25,925 bases of DNA from Candidatus Zambryskibacteria bacterium CG_4_9_14_3_um_filter_40_16 (GTDB lineage Bacteria; Patescibacteriota; Minisyncoccia; Phycocordibacterales; Zambryskibacteraceae), in NCBI GenBank assembly GCA_002791475.1, contig PFXE01000015.1, positions 1 to 25,925 of the forward strand. The letters are read 5' to 3'. Each line of letters opens with the position of its first letter. Position 1 is the first letter of the stretch. Of this stretch, positions 1 to 7,572 are shown piece after piece. The notes below the pieces were generated by a model, which saw nothing but the letters and a program-made list of their open reading frames with translations, searched no databases and had not been told where the DNA came from. The position numbers and the translations under genes were made by a program.

Positions 1-2
1 TT

Positions 3-656
3 TTCAGACTTAGAGATACGGAAGGCATACCGTTTGGCAAGGCGCTTGAATTCGCGGAATTTGCTTCAAGCAAAACGGATGTTAGCCCAGCTCTTATTCT
101 CGCCATTCTTTCTCAAGAATCCGACCTTGGCAAAAACCAAGGGTCTTGCATACTCTCAAGTCTTGAAACCGGAAACGGGGTGGGTAAAAATACCGGCAGG
201 GTCTTTGAACAAGTTATGAAAGCACCGAGAGATACGGTGCCTTTTGAAAATATTACAAAGCGATTAGGGCTAGATTGGACACTGACTCCGGTTTCATGTC
301 CTCCAGGTACGGTGTATAAAGTGGGGCGTGGTTTCGGCGGAGGAATGGGTCCAGCACAATTCATACCATCCACTTGGGAGTTATTTAAAAATAGAATCGG
401 TTCGGCTGTGGGCGTATCCGGGGCTCAAGCAAATCCGTGGAATCCACAGCATGCGTTTGTAGCCACGGGAATTTTTCTATCAGACTTGGGCGCGAGTTCA
501 AATTCTTACACTTCCCAAAGAAATGCGGCTTGTAAATATTATTCCGGCGCTTCGTGTACGGCAGGAAGGCAACCTCCTAATGTATTCTATGGTGATTCGG
601 TACTGAAAAAAGCGGAAGAGATTCAAGCCAATATTGATTTTTTGAAGGGAGTTTAG
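3..656 (+). CDS. Lytic murein transglycosylase (SLT/MltB-like catalytic domain), 5'-partial; the frame is open to the window edge
   Basis: The frame of the 180..656 ORF has no stop back to position 3. It reads ...LILAILSQESDLGKNQGSC (putative catalytic Glu in SQES) and GGMGPAQFIPSTW (lysozyme-like GxxQF motif), then ANPWNPQHAF. Confidence 0.8.
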   Translation, partial: FRLRDTEGIPFGKALEFAEFASSKTDVSPALILAILSQESDLGKNQGSCILSSLETGNGVGKNTGRVFEQVMKAPRDTVPFENITKRLGLDWTLTPVSCPPGTVYKVGRGFGGGMGPAQFIPSTWELFKNRIGSAVGVSGAQANPWNPQHAFVATGIFLSDLGASSNSYTSQRNAACKYYSGASCTAGRQPPNVFYGDSVLKKAEEIQANIDFLKGV

Positions 657-706
657 GATAGTTTTCAGGTGTCAGTTACTAGCTTTCAGAAAAAACAGGA
701 GAGAAG

Positions 707-736
707 AAAAAACACCTTTATTTAAAGGTGTTTTTT
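707..736. terminator. Bidirectional intrinsic terminator-like hairpin
   Basis: AAAAAACACCTTT-ATTT-AAAGGTGTTTTTT: perfect inverted repeat with A and T tracts, 50 nt after the transglycosylase stop. Confidence 0.75.
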
Positions 737-766
737 GATGCTTGGTACACGAAAATGTAAAAATAC

Positions 767-794
767 TTGACAAAATCTGTGAGTTTGCTATAAT
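767..794 (+). promoter_or_regulatory. Consensus sigma70 promoter with extended -10
   Basis: TTGACA (767-772), 16-bp spacer, TG-C-TATAAT (786-794). Predicted start ~801. Confidence 0.85.
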
Positions 795-800
795 GATAAT

Positions 801-963
801 TACATCGGGTAAGGGTCGACCGCAAGGAGGCCCTTCGCCACTAAGTGGTGTTTTGACCCCGATGTATATGTTTTGGTGGCACCCACCCACGGGTGCCACA
901 AACCAATGGCGCCTACGGGTGCCGCCAACCAAACCCCGGCCGCTAGCGCGTGTCGGGGTTTTT
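801..963 (+). ncRNA. Unassigned structured RNA (standalone sRNA or rpmE leader/attenuator)
   Basis: 61% G+C (98/160, hand count) in an AT-rich background. P1 801-809/858-866 closes a 3-way junction (811-835 with GCAA tetraloop; 836-850). Hairpins at 876-899 and 908-922 (UACG loop). Terminal hairpin 931-961 with U tract. Bounded by a promoter and a terminator. Confidence 0.65.
931..963 (+). terminator. Intrinsic terminator ending the structured RNA
   Basis: AAACCCCGGC-CGC-TAGC-GCG-T-GTCGGGGTTT followed by TT. Confidence 0.75.
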
Positions 964-974
964 CATATACAAAT

Positions 975-1002
975 TTGCAAAATTTAATATTCCTGTTATA
1001 TT
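975..1002 (+). promoter_or_regulatory. Putative rpmE promoter
   Basis: TTGCAA (975-980), 16 bp, TG-T-TATATT (994-1002), 9 nt before the ATG. Confidence 0.45.
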
Positions 1003-1011
1003 TATTGAACA

Positions 1012-1242
1012 ATGAAAAAAGAAATTCATCCTCAATATTTTGAAAATGCCAAAGTTACTTGCGCTTGTGGCAATATTTTTACTATAGGATCTACCAAAGA
1101 AAAGATTGAGGTGGAAATTTGTTCTGCTTGCCATCCATTCTATACGGGAAATGAAAAAATATTGGATTCAGCGGGAAGGGTAGAGAAATTTAAAACCAAG
1201 AGAGCAAAAGCCACCAAATCAAAAACCACCCCAAAGAAGTAG
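1012..1242 (+). CDS. rpmE: 50S ribosomal protein L31, zinc-binding (C+) type
   Basis: MKKEIHPQY...CACG...[12 protein letters not shown]...DSAGRVEKF. Confidence 0.97.
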   Translation: MKKEIHPQYFENAKVTCACGNIFTIGSTKEKIEVEICSACHPFYTGNEKILDSAGRVEKFKTKRAKATKSKTTPKK

Positions 1243-1283
1243 ATTGGTTTCGGTCTCTTTCCTTTTTTCTTTGATGGTTTTTT

Positions 1284-2252
1284 ATGGAGGATTTAAACAA
1301 ATACAGAGAAAATCCAAAAACATCCTACTTATTTGGATTGTACGAAAACCTTCTCAAAGAAGAGGAGGCGGTTTCTGTCTTGAATGAAAATGATGCTTCT
1401 ATGAAAGAACTTGTAAACGAAGAGCTGGTAAAAATCAAAGAGCAAAAAGATGTTTTGAAAAAGCAAATGGATAATATTTTGAAATCCGAAGAAATTGAGA
1501 AAGAATTTCCAAACGAAATACTTCTTGAAATAAGGGCTGGTGTTGGAGGAGAAGAAGCGGCATTATTTGCCGAGAAATTGGCTCAAATGTACAAAAAATA
1601 TTCGGAAATTCAAGGTTGGCTGTGGAGTATGATCAACGAATCAAGAAGCGCCCTTGGCGGATATAAAGAAGCAACTTTTGAAATTCACGGTAAAGGGGTT
1701 TATGAAGATATGCGATTTGAGACGGGAGTACACAGAATTCAAAGAGTTCCTGAAACCGAAAAATCCGGCAGAGTGCATACCTCAACCGCGTCGGTTGCGA
1801 TTTTACCCATTAGAAAAAAAACAAAAATAGAAATTAACCCTGTAGATTTGCAGATTGAGTTTTCCAGATCCGGTGGCGCGGGCGGTCAAAATGTAAACAA
1901 GGTGGAAACCGCTGTCCGAATCCTCCACAAACCAAGCGGAATAGATGTCCGGTCAACTTCAGAAAGAAGCCAAGGAGCAAACAAAGAAAAAGCCATGATG
2001 ATATTGATGGCTAAACTGGAAGCGTTGAAAGAAGAAGAAGAGCACAAAAAATTTGCCGACAACAGAAAGAACCAAATAGGCACCGCAGACCGCTCTGAGA
2101 AAATAAGAACATACAATGTTTTGCAGGACAGAGTTACTGACCACAGAATAAAAGAATCGTGGCACAATATCCCGTCAATTTTTGGAGGTCAATTGGAAGA
2201 AATAATAAACGCCCTGAAGGAGGAATCCAAAAATGACTCTTCTATTGCGTGA
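1284..2252 (+). CDS. prfA: Peptide chain release factor 1 (short N-terminal domain)
   Basis: EIRAGVGGEEAALFA, ETGVHRIQRVPETE (PxT, RF1-type), SGGAGGQNVNK (GGQ), EKIRTYN, RVTDHRI. Confidence 0.93.
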   Translation: MEDLNKYRENPKTSYLFGLYENLLKEEEAVSVLNENDASMKELVNEELVKIKEQKDVLKKQMDNILKSEEIEKEFPNEILLEIRAGVGGEEAALFAEKLAQMYKKYSEIQGWLWSMINESRSALGGYKEATFEIHGKGVYEDMRFETGVHRIQRVPETEKSGRVHTSTASVAILPIRKKTKIEINPVDLQIEFSRSGGAGGQNVNKVETAVRILHKPSGIDVRSTSERSQGANKEKAMMILMAKLEALKEEEEHKKFADNRKNQIGTADRSEKIRTYNVLQDRVTDHRIKESWHNIPSIFGGQLEEIINALKEESKNDSSIA

Positions 2253-2294
2253 CCCGACTCTATTTGCTAGTATTCCCCTTACACATTTCAAAAT

Positions 2295-3029
2295 ATGAAT
2301 GCGAAAGAAAAGCAAAAAAATGACAAGATAGAAGGCCTCTTCAAAGTGGGGGCTCATTTTGGAATGATTAAATCTCGCCGTCACCCGTCAACAAAGGGTT
2401 ATATATTCGGCGCAAAAAACAAGGTTGAGATATTTGATCTTGGAAAAACGGTGGAAGCTCTAGAGAGGGCGAAAGAAGCTGTAAGGAGTGTGGCAGAAAA
2501 CAACGGAGCGATGCTTATCGTGGGTGGCAAAAATGAAGCCCAAAGAGCGGTGAGTAACGCTGGTGAATCTTTGCAGGCGCCATATGTTGCGGGAAGATGG
2601 CTTGGCGGAACTCTTACAAATTTTTCTGAAATAAGAAAAAGAATAAACAAATTAGAAGACCTTCTTTCTCAAAAGGAAAAAGGAGAGCTGGCAAAGTACA
2701 CAAAAAAAGAAAGGTTGCTTATAGACAGAGATATAGTTTATCTACAGAAATTTTTTTCAAGTCTAATAACTCTCAAAGGTTTACCGAAATTAATGTTCGT
2801 CATTGACCCCAAGAGAGAGCATATTGCGGTTGCGGAGGCATTAAACTTAAACATACCGATAGTTGCACTTGCAAGTTCAGATTGTAATGTACGAGAGATT
2901 GATTATCCCATTCCCGCCAATGATTCTTCGGCGGCGAGTATTGCATATTTTGTAAACGAGATAGCACAAGCTTACCAAAAAGGGAAACAAGACGCACCCA
3001 GCACCACAGAAAAAACAAAAGTGGATTAA
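2295..3029 (+). CDS. rpsB: 30S ribosomal protein S2
   Basis: GAHFG, RWLGGTLTNF, LPKLMFVIDP, EHIAVAEA, DYPIPANDSS. Extended -10 TG-C-TAGTAT at 2265-2273. Confidence 0.97.
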   Translation: MNAKEKQKNDKIEGLFKVGAHFGMIKSRRHPSTKGYIFGAKNKVEIFDLGKTVEALERAKEAVRSVAENNGAMLIVGGKNEAQRAVSNAGESLQAPYVAGRWLGGTLTNFSEIRKRINKLEDLLSQKEKGELAKYTKKERLLIDRDIVYLQKFFSSLITLKGLPKLMFVIDPKREHIAVAEALNLNIPIVALASSDCNVREIDYPIPANDSSAASIAYFVNEIAQAYQKGKQDAPSTTEKTKVD

Positions 3030-3077
3030 TAAATAATTGTAATTTATTCGGGAGGTATTTTGATTATTTAAAAAAAC

Positions 3078-3662
3078 ATGGCAACCACAGAACAGGTAAA
3101 AGAATTGAGAAAACGAACAGGGCTTTCAATCATGCAATGCCAAAACGCTCTTGATGAAGCGAATGGAGATATTGAGAAAGCGATAACAATATTACAGAAA
3201 AAGAGCGGAGAAATCGCAAGCAAAAAATCTACTAGAACACTGGGTTCGGGGACAATAGAATCTTATATTCATAACAATGGAACAGCGGGCGCTATTGTTG
3301 AACTGTCGTGCGAAACGGATTTTGTTGCCAAAAATGAGGAGTTTAAAAAAATTGCTTATGAAATCGCAATGCAGATTGTGGCAAGCGACCCGGAATTTCT
3401 AAATGCAGACGATGTAACCGATGAGGTGAAGAAATCCGCCGAAGAGGTATTTTCCAAAGAAACGGAAGGAAAGACGGAAGATATAAAAAAGAAAATAATG
3501 GAAGGAAAATTGTCTTCATATTTTGAAGAAAAGATTCTTATGGAACAGCCGTATATAAAGGACCCGTCTCTTAAGATAAAAGACCTGATTACTGGTGCTA
3601 CTCAAAAGTTTGGCGAAAGGGTAGAGATAAGAAGATTCGCTCGATTTTCCACCCAAAATTAA
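3078..3662 (+). CDS. tsf: Elongation factor Ts (short ~195 aa form)
   Basis: VKELRKRTGLSIMQCQNAL, ELSCETDFVAKN, LMEQPYIKD, VEIRRFARF; follows rpsB. Confidence 0.96.
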   Translation: MATTEQVKELRKRTGLSIMQCQNALDEANGDIEKAITILQKKSGEIASKKSTRTLGSGTIESYIHNNGTAGAIVELSCETDFVAKNEEFKKIAYEIAMQIVASDPEFLNADDVTDEVKKSAEEVFSKETEGKTEDIKKKIMEGKLSSYFEEKILMEQPYIKDPSLKIKDLITGATQKFGERVEIRRFARFSTQN

Positions 3663-3663
3663 A

Positions 3664-4071
3664 ATGATACCTGGATTAATTTTCTCTGTGTTTTTGATAT
3701 TGACGATTTTTTTTGTTGTCTTTAAAGTTGTCCGATCTAAAAGGGTGGGTGAAAAATTAACGGGTTTGAGGGAAGAAAAAGTATCTAAGTTGGATGAATG
3801 GGTGATAAGGGTTATTGGATTGGGAGGAAATTTATACCTTAAAATTTATAGCGGAACAAAAATGGTTGTTACAAAACATATTCCAAGAATACTTTTTGAC
3901 TTTCTATCAAAAGTAAAAAATAAAACAAAAAATAATTATTATGAAATTTTATCAATTAGAGGCGGTAGAGTTGTAAGCGCGAACAAAAGAAACTCCGAAT
4001 TTTTGAAAAAAATGGAAATTGTTAGGATGAATGGGAATAATCATGGTATTGAAAATAATACCAAAGTTTAA
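3664..4071 (+). CDS. Hypothetical protein with N-terminal transmembrane helix
   Basis: 135-aa ORF starting 1 nt after the tsf stop; hydrophobic LIFSVFLILTIFFVVF followed by a basic cytoplasmic region. Confidence 0.65.
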   Translation: MIPGLIFSVFLILTIFFVVFKVVRSKRVGEKLTGLREEKVSKLDEWVIRVIGLGGNLYLKIYSGTKMVVTKHIPRILFDFLSKVKNKTKNNYYEILSIRGGRVVSANKRNSEFLKKMEIVRMNGNNHGIENNTKV

Positions 4072-4088
4072 CAAACAGCTTCATTTTG

Positions 4089-4097
4089 TGATAAAAT
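4089..4097 (+). promoter_or_regulatory. Extended -10 promoter for the tRNA-Thr transcript
   Basis: TG-A-TAAAAT at 4089-4097, ~16 nt before the first copy of the tRNA 5' end. Confidence 0.5.
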
Positions 4098-4112
4098 CCC
4101 ATTGAGAAAGTG

Positions 4113-4244
4113 GCCGCCTTAGCTCACGCCTTCGCTCAAATTGCATTTGAGCTTCGGACGTACAAGTAGTAGAACTTTTCACTGCGAGCTTGTGCTTTGA
4201 AGCTTCGATGTAAAATCGGAGCGTAGTAGTGCCGCCTTAGCTCA
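4113..4244 (+). repeat. 14-bp direct repeat of the tRNA-Thr 5' end flanking a structured 104-nt spacer
   Basis: GCCGCCTTAGCTCA at 4113-4126 and 4231-4244; spacer hairpins at 4134-4152, 4160-4195 and 4202-4222. Confidence 0.85.
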
Positions 4245-4305
4245 GTGGTAGAGCAACGCTTTTGTAAAGCGAAGGTCCTCGGTTCAAATCCGAGAGGCGG
4301 CTCCA
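4231..4305 (+). tRNA. tRNA-Thr (anticodon TGT), CCA encoded
   Basis: Acceptor GCCGCCT/AGGCGGC; D arm GCTC/GAGC; anticodon loop TTTGTAA (TGT at 4263-4265); T arm CTCGG-TTCAAAT-CCGAG; ends TCCA. Confidence 0.97.
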
Positions 4306-4307
4306 TT

Positions 4308-4337
4308 AAAAATATCCCGTGGATACGGGGTATTTTT
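4308..4337. terminator. Intrinsic terminator after tRNA-Thr
   Basis: AAAAATATCCCGT-GGAT-ACGGGGTATTTTT. Confidence 0.8.
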
Positions 4338-4370
4338 AATGGAGCCTTCTCTGATATACTTGTTACAATT

Positions 4371-5600
4371 ATGGGTAAAGACACCGTATTAAAATTTCCA
4401 AAAGGGTTTTTTTGGGGCGCCTCAACCTCCTCATTCCAAGTTGAGGGTGGAATTACAGGTACGGATTGGGAAAGTGCCGCTGAAAAAGGTTTGGTTCCGA
4501 AAATTGGCAAAGCTGCTGACCACTACAATCGGTACGACCAAGATTTTGATATTGCTAAGTCGCTCGGACACAATGCACATCGTTTCTCTATTGAGTGGTC
4601 CAGGATCGAACCCGAAGAAGGTAAATTTAACCACAATGAGATTGAACACTACCGCAATGTCATTAAGGCTTTAAGAGCCCGCAACATTGAACCATTCATA
4701 ACTCTTTGGCACTTCACCTTGCCACTGTGGTTTTCAGAAACCGGTGGTTTTGAACGCAAGGACGCACCGGAGATTTTTGCCCGTTATTGTTCTTTTGTGG
4801 TAGATAGTCTAAGCAACATTTGTACTCATTTCTCGACCATTAATGAGCCCAATGTGTTTGCAAGTCATGGCTGGCTCTATGGCGCGTGGCCGCCGTTTAA
4901 ACGGGGCAAGTTTCTATGGATAAAATTTGGTAAACCAGATGGCACTTGGAAGTCGGCACAAACTCTCTCTTTTTCCAATACGCTTATGTACTTTAAGGTC
5001 ACAAATAATCTAGTCAGAGCACACAATGAATCATATGTAGCGATTAAGAAAACTTCGCCACAGGTTAATGTCAGTGTTGCAAAACATGTGCACGCATTTG
5101 ATTCCAACTGGAACCCTTTCAACAAAATACTAGCCAAAATAGCCGCGTATCTACAAAGTGGAAGGTTTATGAACGGCATTAGAGGCCACTTCGATTCTAT
5201 CGGGCTGAATTATTATCGGTACACCAAATTCGGGGATAGGGAAGTTTATCCAAAAAGTGACATGGGATGGAATGTTAATCCGGAAAAGATAGAACTTGCT
5301 CTTAAATATTTGGCACGCTATAAGAAACCTATCTTTATTTCTGAAGCCGGAGTGGCTGATGCTCTAGATAAAATCCGAGCAGAATACATAAAAAAACAAG
5401 TTGAAGGTACGTGGAGAGCCTTGCAAACTGGAGTGGATGTGCGTGGACATATGTACTGGTCACTCTTGGATAACTATGAGTTGGCTTTGGGATATGAAAA
5501 GAGATTTGGCTTGGTTGAAATTAATTATGAAACCCTTGAAAGAAAAATTCGCCCGTCCGCATTTGTATATAAACAGATAGCGGAAAATAATGGGCTATAA
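4371..5600 (+). CDS. Glycoside hydrolase family 1 (beta-glucosidase/galactosidase-like), no signal peptide
   Basis: FPKGFFWGASTSSFQVEG, HRFSIEWSRIEP, TLWHFTLP, TINEP (acid/base), FISEAG (nucleophile), YWSLLDNYE, RFGLV. Start moved to ATG 4371 because the longer ORF overlaps the tRNA; TG-A-TATACT at 4352-4360. Confidence 0.9.
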   Translation: MGKDTVLKFPKGFFWGASTSSFQVEGGITGTDWESAAEKGLVPKIGKAADHYNRYDQDFDIAKSLGHNAHRFSIEWSRIEPEEGKFNHNEIEHYRNVIKALRARNIEPFITLWHFTLPLWFSETGGFERKDAPEIFARYCSFVVDSLSNICTHFSTINEPNVFASHGWLYGAWPPFKRGKFLWIKFGKPDGTWKSAQTLSFSNTLMYFKVTNNLVRAHNESYVAIKKTSPQVNVSVAKHVHAFDSNWNPFNKILAKIAAYLQSGRFMNGIRGHFDSIGLNYYRYTKFGDREVYPKSDMGWNVNPEKIELALKYLARYKKPIFISEAGVADALDKIRAEYIKKQVEGTWRALQTGVDVRGHMYWSLLDNYELALGYEKRFGLVEINYETLERKIRPSAFVYKQIAENNGL

Positions 5601-5607
5601 TTGATTC

Positions 5608-6504
5608 ATGTCAACGGCGCTTCTCTCAATCTTTTTTGTGGTAATCGGGCAATTCCTAAATGCCTCCATTGTTTTAATAGACAAATACATAGTTACTAAG
5701 ACGACAGTTTCTAAGCCGGCCGTGTATGCTTTCTATGTTGGTATAATATCTGGAGTGGTTATTGCCCTTCTTCCTTTGGGCATTATTGAGTTTCCCAGTG
5801 CCACGGTTTTGGGTCTGTCCGTTCTTTTGGGATTAATATTCATTTTGTCTATCATACTGCTCTTCACGGCCTTAAAAGCCGCCAATGCCACCGATGTTGT
5901 TGCGTGGCTTACCGCATTTTCTACCATATCCACCTTTCTATTAAGTGGATTACTTTTAAATGAATCTTTGCCCGGCTCTTTTCCCTTCGCTCTCGTTTTT
6001 TTCATTATTGGCGCCGTAATGGTCGGCCATTTTCGCTTTAACAGAAAATCTTTTTTATTGGTGATTATATCGGGGATTTTGTTTGGTCTTTCTGCTGTTT
6101 TAATAAAAATTTTATTTCAACACACCACATTTTGGAATGGATTTTTTTGGTCAAGAATGGGAAATGTCTTTGGCGCGCTGATTCTTTTGAGCTTCTCACA
6201 AATTAGATTAGGATTAGTCAATACTTCAAAATCAGTGGGTCATAAAGCTTCATTTCTTATAATTCTAAACAGAGTTCTTGGTGGAGTGGCGTTTTTAAGT
6301 ATTCTTTACGCAATTCGACTGGGTTCGGTATCAATAGCCAACGCTCTTGGCTCTTTGCAATTCGTATTTGTATTTTTAATGGTGTTTTTGTTAAGGCACA
6401 AAATACCCGATTTGTTTCATCATGAATTTAGACCTGGACACATCGCTCATAAAATAGTCTCTATAGTATTTATTATCACGGGCTTTTTTGTTTTGTTCTT
6501 ATGA
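5608..6504 (+). CDS. EamA/DMT-family membrane transporter
   Basis: ~298 aa, about 10 hydrophobic helices in two repeats; ends GSVSIANALGSLQFVFVFL, typical of DMT/EamA. Confidence 0.7.
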   Translation: MSTALLSIFFVVIGQFLNASIVLIDKYIVTKTTVSKPAVYAFYVGIISGVVIALLPLGIIEFPSATVLGLSVLLGLIFILSIILLFTALKAANATDVVAWLTAFSTISTFLLSGLLLNESLPGSFPFALVFFIIGAVMVGHFRFNRKSFLLVIISGILFGLSAVLIKILFQHTTFWNGFFWSRMGNVFGALILLSFSQIRLGLVNTSKSVGHKASFLIILNRVLGGVAFLSILYAIRLGSVSIANALGSLQFVFVFLMVFLLRHKIPDLFHHEFRPGHIAHKIVSIVFIITGFFVLFL

Positions 6505-7508
6505 ACCATTTCAAAAAAATATTAAAAATAATAGCGATTATCGCTATCACTTTGGTGGTGATTTTTCTAGGGCTTTCCGCGAAAAAGGACCCTGACCAAA
6601 TTTTTTATGGCGTTTCATTTAGCAAATTTCATTCCGACGAACTAAAGCTGCCATGGAAAGATGTTTATAAAGCCATACTTGATGATTTGGGCGTGAGAAG
6701 ATTTCGCCTCTCGGCACATTGGCCGATAACAGAGCCCGAAAGAGGGAATTATAATTTTTCAGAATTGGATTACCAAGTTGAAGAAGCTCAAAAAAGGAAT
6801 GCCGAGGTTATTTTGGTAGTAGGAAGACGAGCTCCGGGATGGCCGGAATGCCATGAACCTCAATGGGCGACACAGCTACCATGGGAAGAGAGAAAAGAAG
6901 CAATTCTTTCTTACGTGGAGGCGACAGTTAATCATTATAAGGGCTATGAAAATATAAAGTATTGGCAAGTGGAGAATGAGCCGTTTCTTTCGGTTTTTGC
7001 AAAAGAGCAGTGCGGTGATTTTGATGAAGACTTTTTCAAAGAGGAAGTGTCTTTGGTAAAGAAACTGGACCCATCAAGAAATATTTTGGTAACTGATAGC
7101 GGAAACTTGGGTCTTTGGGCTAATCCATGGCGCTCTGGAGATATTTTTGGCACAAGTGTTTACATATACCTTTGGAATCCAACGATAGGACAAGTGAAGA
7201 CTGTATACCTGCCGTCTTTTTATAAAGCAAAGGCAAATTTAATGGAATTAATTTTTGGAAAAAAGAAAAGTATTTTGATTGAACTTTCTACCGAACCGTG
7301 GTTGTTGGCACCCATAGTTGACTCCCCCTTAGATGTTCAAATTTCCAGGATGGACATAGAAAAATTTAATAGCATAATTTCTTTCGCCGAAGGTACGGGT
7401 TTTGACGAGCAGTATCTTTGGGGGGCGGAATGGTGGTATTGGATGAAAGATAGGGGTCACCCGGAATATTGGGCTAGAGGAAAAGAGATTTTTTCAAATA
7501 GTAGGTAG
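6501..7508 (+). CDS. Membrane-anchored clan GH-A glycoside hydrolase (GH5/GH35/GH42-like TIM barrel)
   Basis: N-terminal signal anchor; YGVSFS, RFRLSAHW, WQVENEPF (acid/base NEP), IELSTEPW (likely nucleophile), YLWGAEWW. ATGA overlap with the EamA gene. Confidence 0.7.
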   Translation: MNHFKKILKIIAIIAITLVVIFLGLSAKKDPDQIFYGVSFSKFHSDELKLPWKDVYKAILDDLGVRRFRLSAHWPITEPERGNYNFSELDYQVEEAQKRNAEVILVVGRRAPGWPECHEPQWATQLPWEERKEAILSYVEATVNHYKGYENIKYWQVENEPFLSVFAKEQCGDFDEDFFKEEVSLVKKLDPSRNILVTDSGNLGLWANPWRSGDIFGTSVYIYLWNPTIGQVKTVYLPSFYKAKANLMELIFGKKKSILIELSTEPWLLAPIVDSPLDVQISRMDIEKFNSIISFAEGTGFDEQYLWGAEWWYWMKDRGHPEYWARGKEIFSNSR

Positions 7509-7572
7509 ACAGCCCTTCTAATCTAATTGGTGATAACAAGAATAGTTTGATAGAGTGGCTACTTTAAACACA

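Noticed and set aside
801-866. Resemblance to SRP helix 8 (CC-GNRA-GG) or a SAM-I P1 (AUC/GAU)
   Set aside because: The SRP CAGG/AGCA symmetric loop and the SAM-I core (GCAAC, kink-turn, pseudoknot) are absent.
891-932. Direct repeats as a mini-CRISPR
   Set aside because: Only two 16-nt copies 10 nt apart, no spacer-length unique sequence, no cas genes.
742-1012. ORFs 742..987 (+), 672..932 (-) and 800..1012 (-)
   Set aside because: They cross a promoter, a structured RNA and a terminator, lack initiation signals and look like by-products of GC-rich hairpins.
3030-3070. GGAGGT and an 8-bp AT-rich inverted repeat between rpsB and tsf
   Set aside because: GGAGGT is 21 nt from the ATG, too far for an SD; the stem is weak and AT-only.
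4136-4510. ORF 4136..4510 (-) and the 4245 start for GH1
   Set aside because: Both overlap the tRNA-Thr gene and its terminator; GH1 homology begins after ATG 4371.
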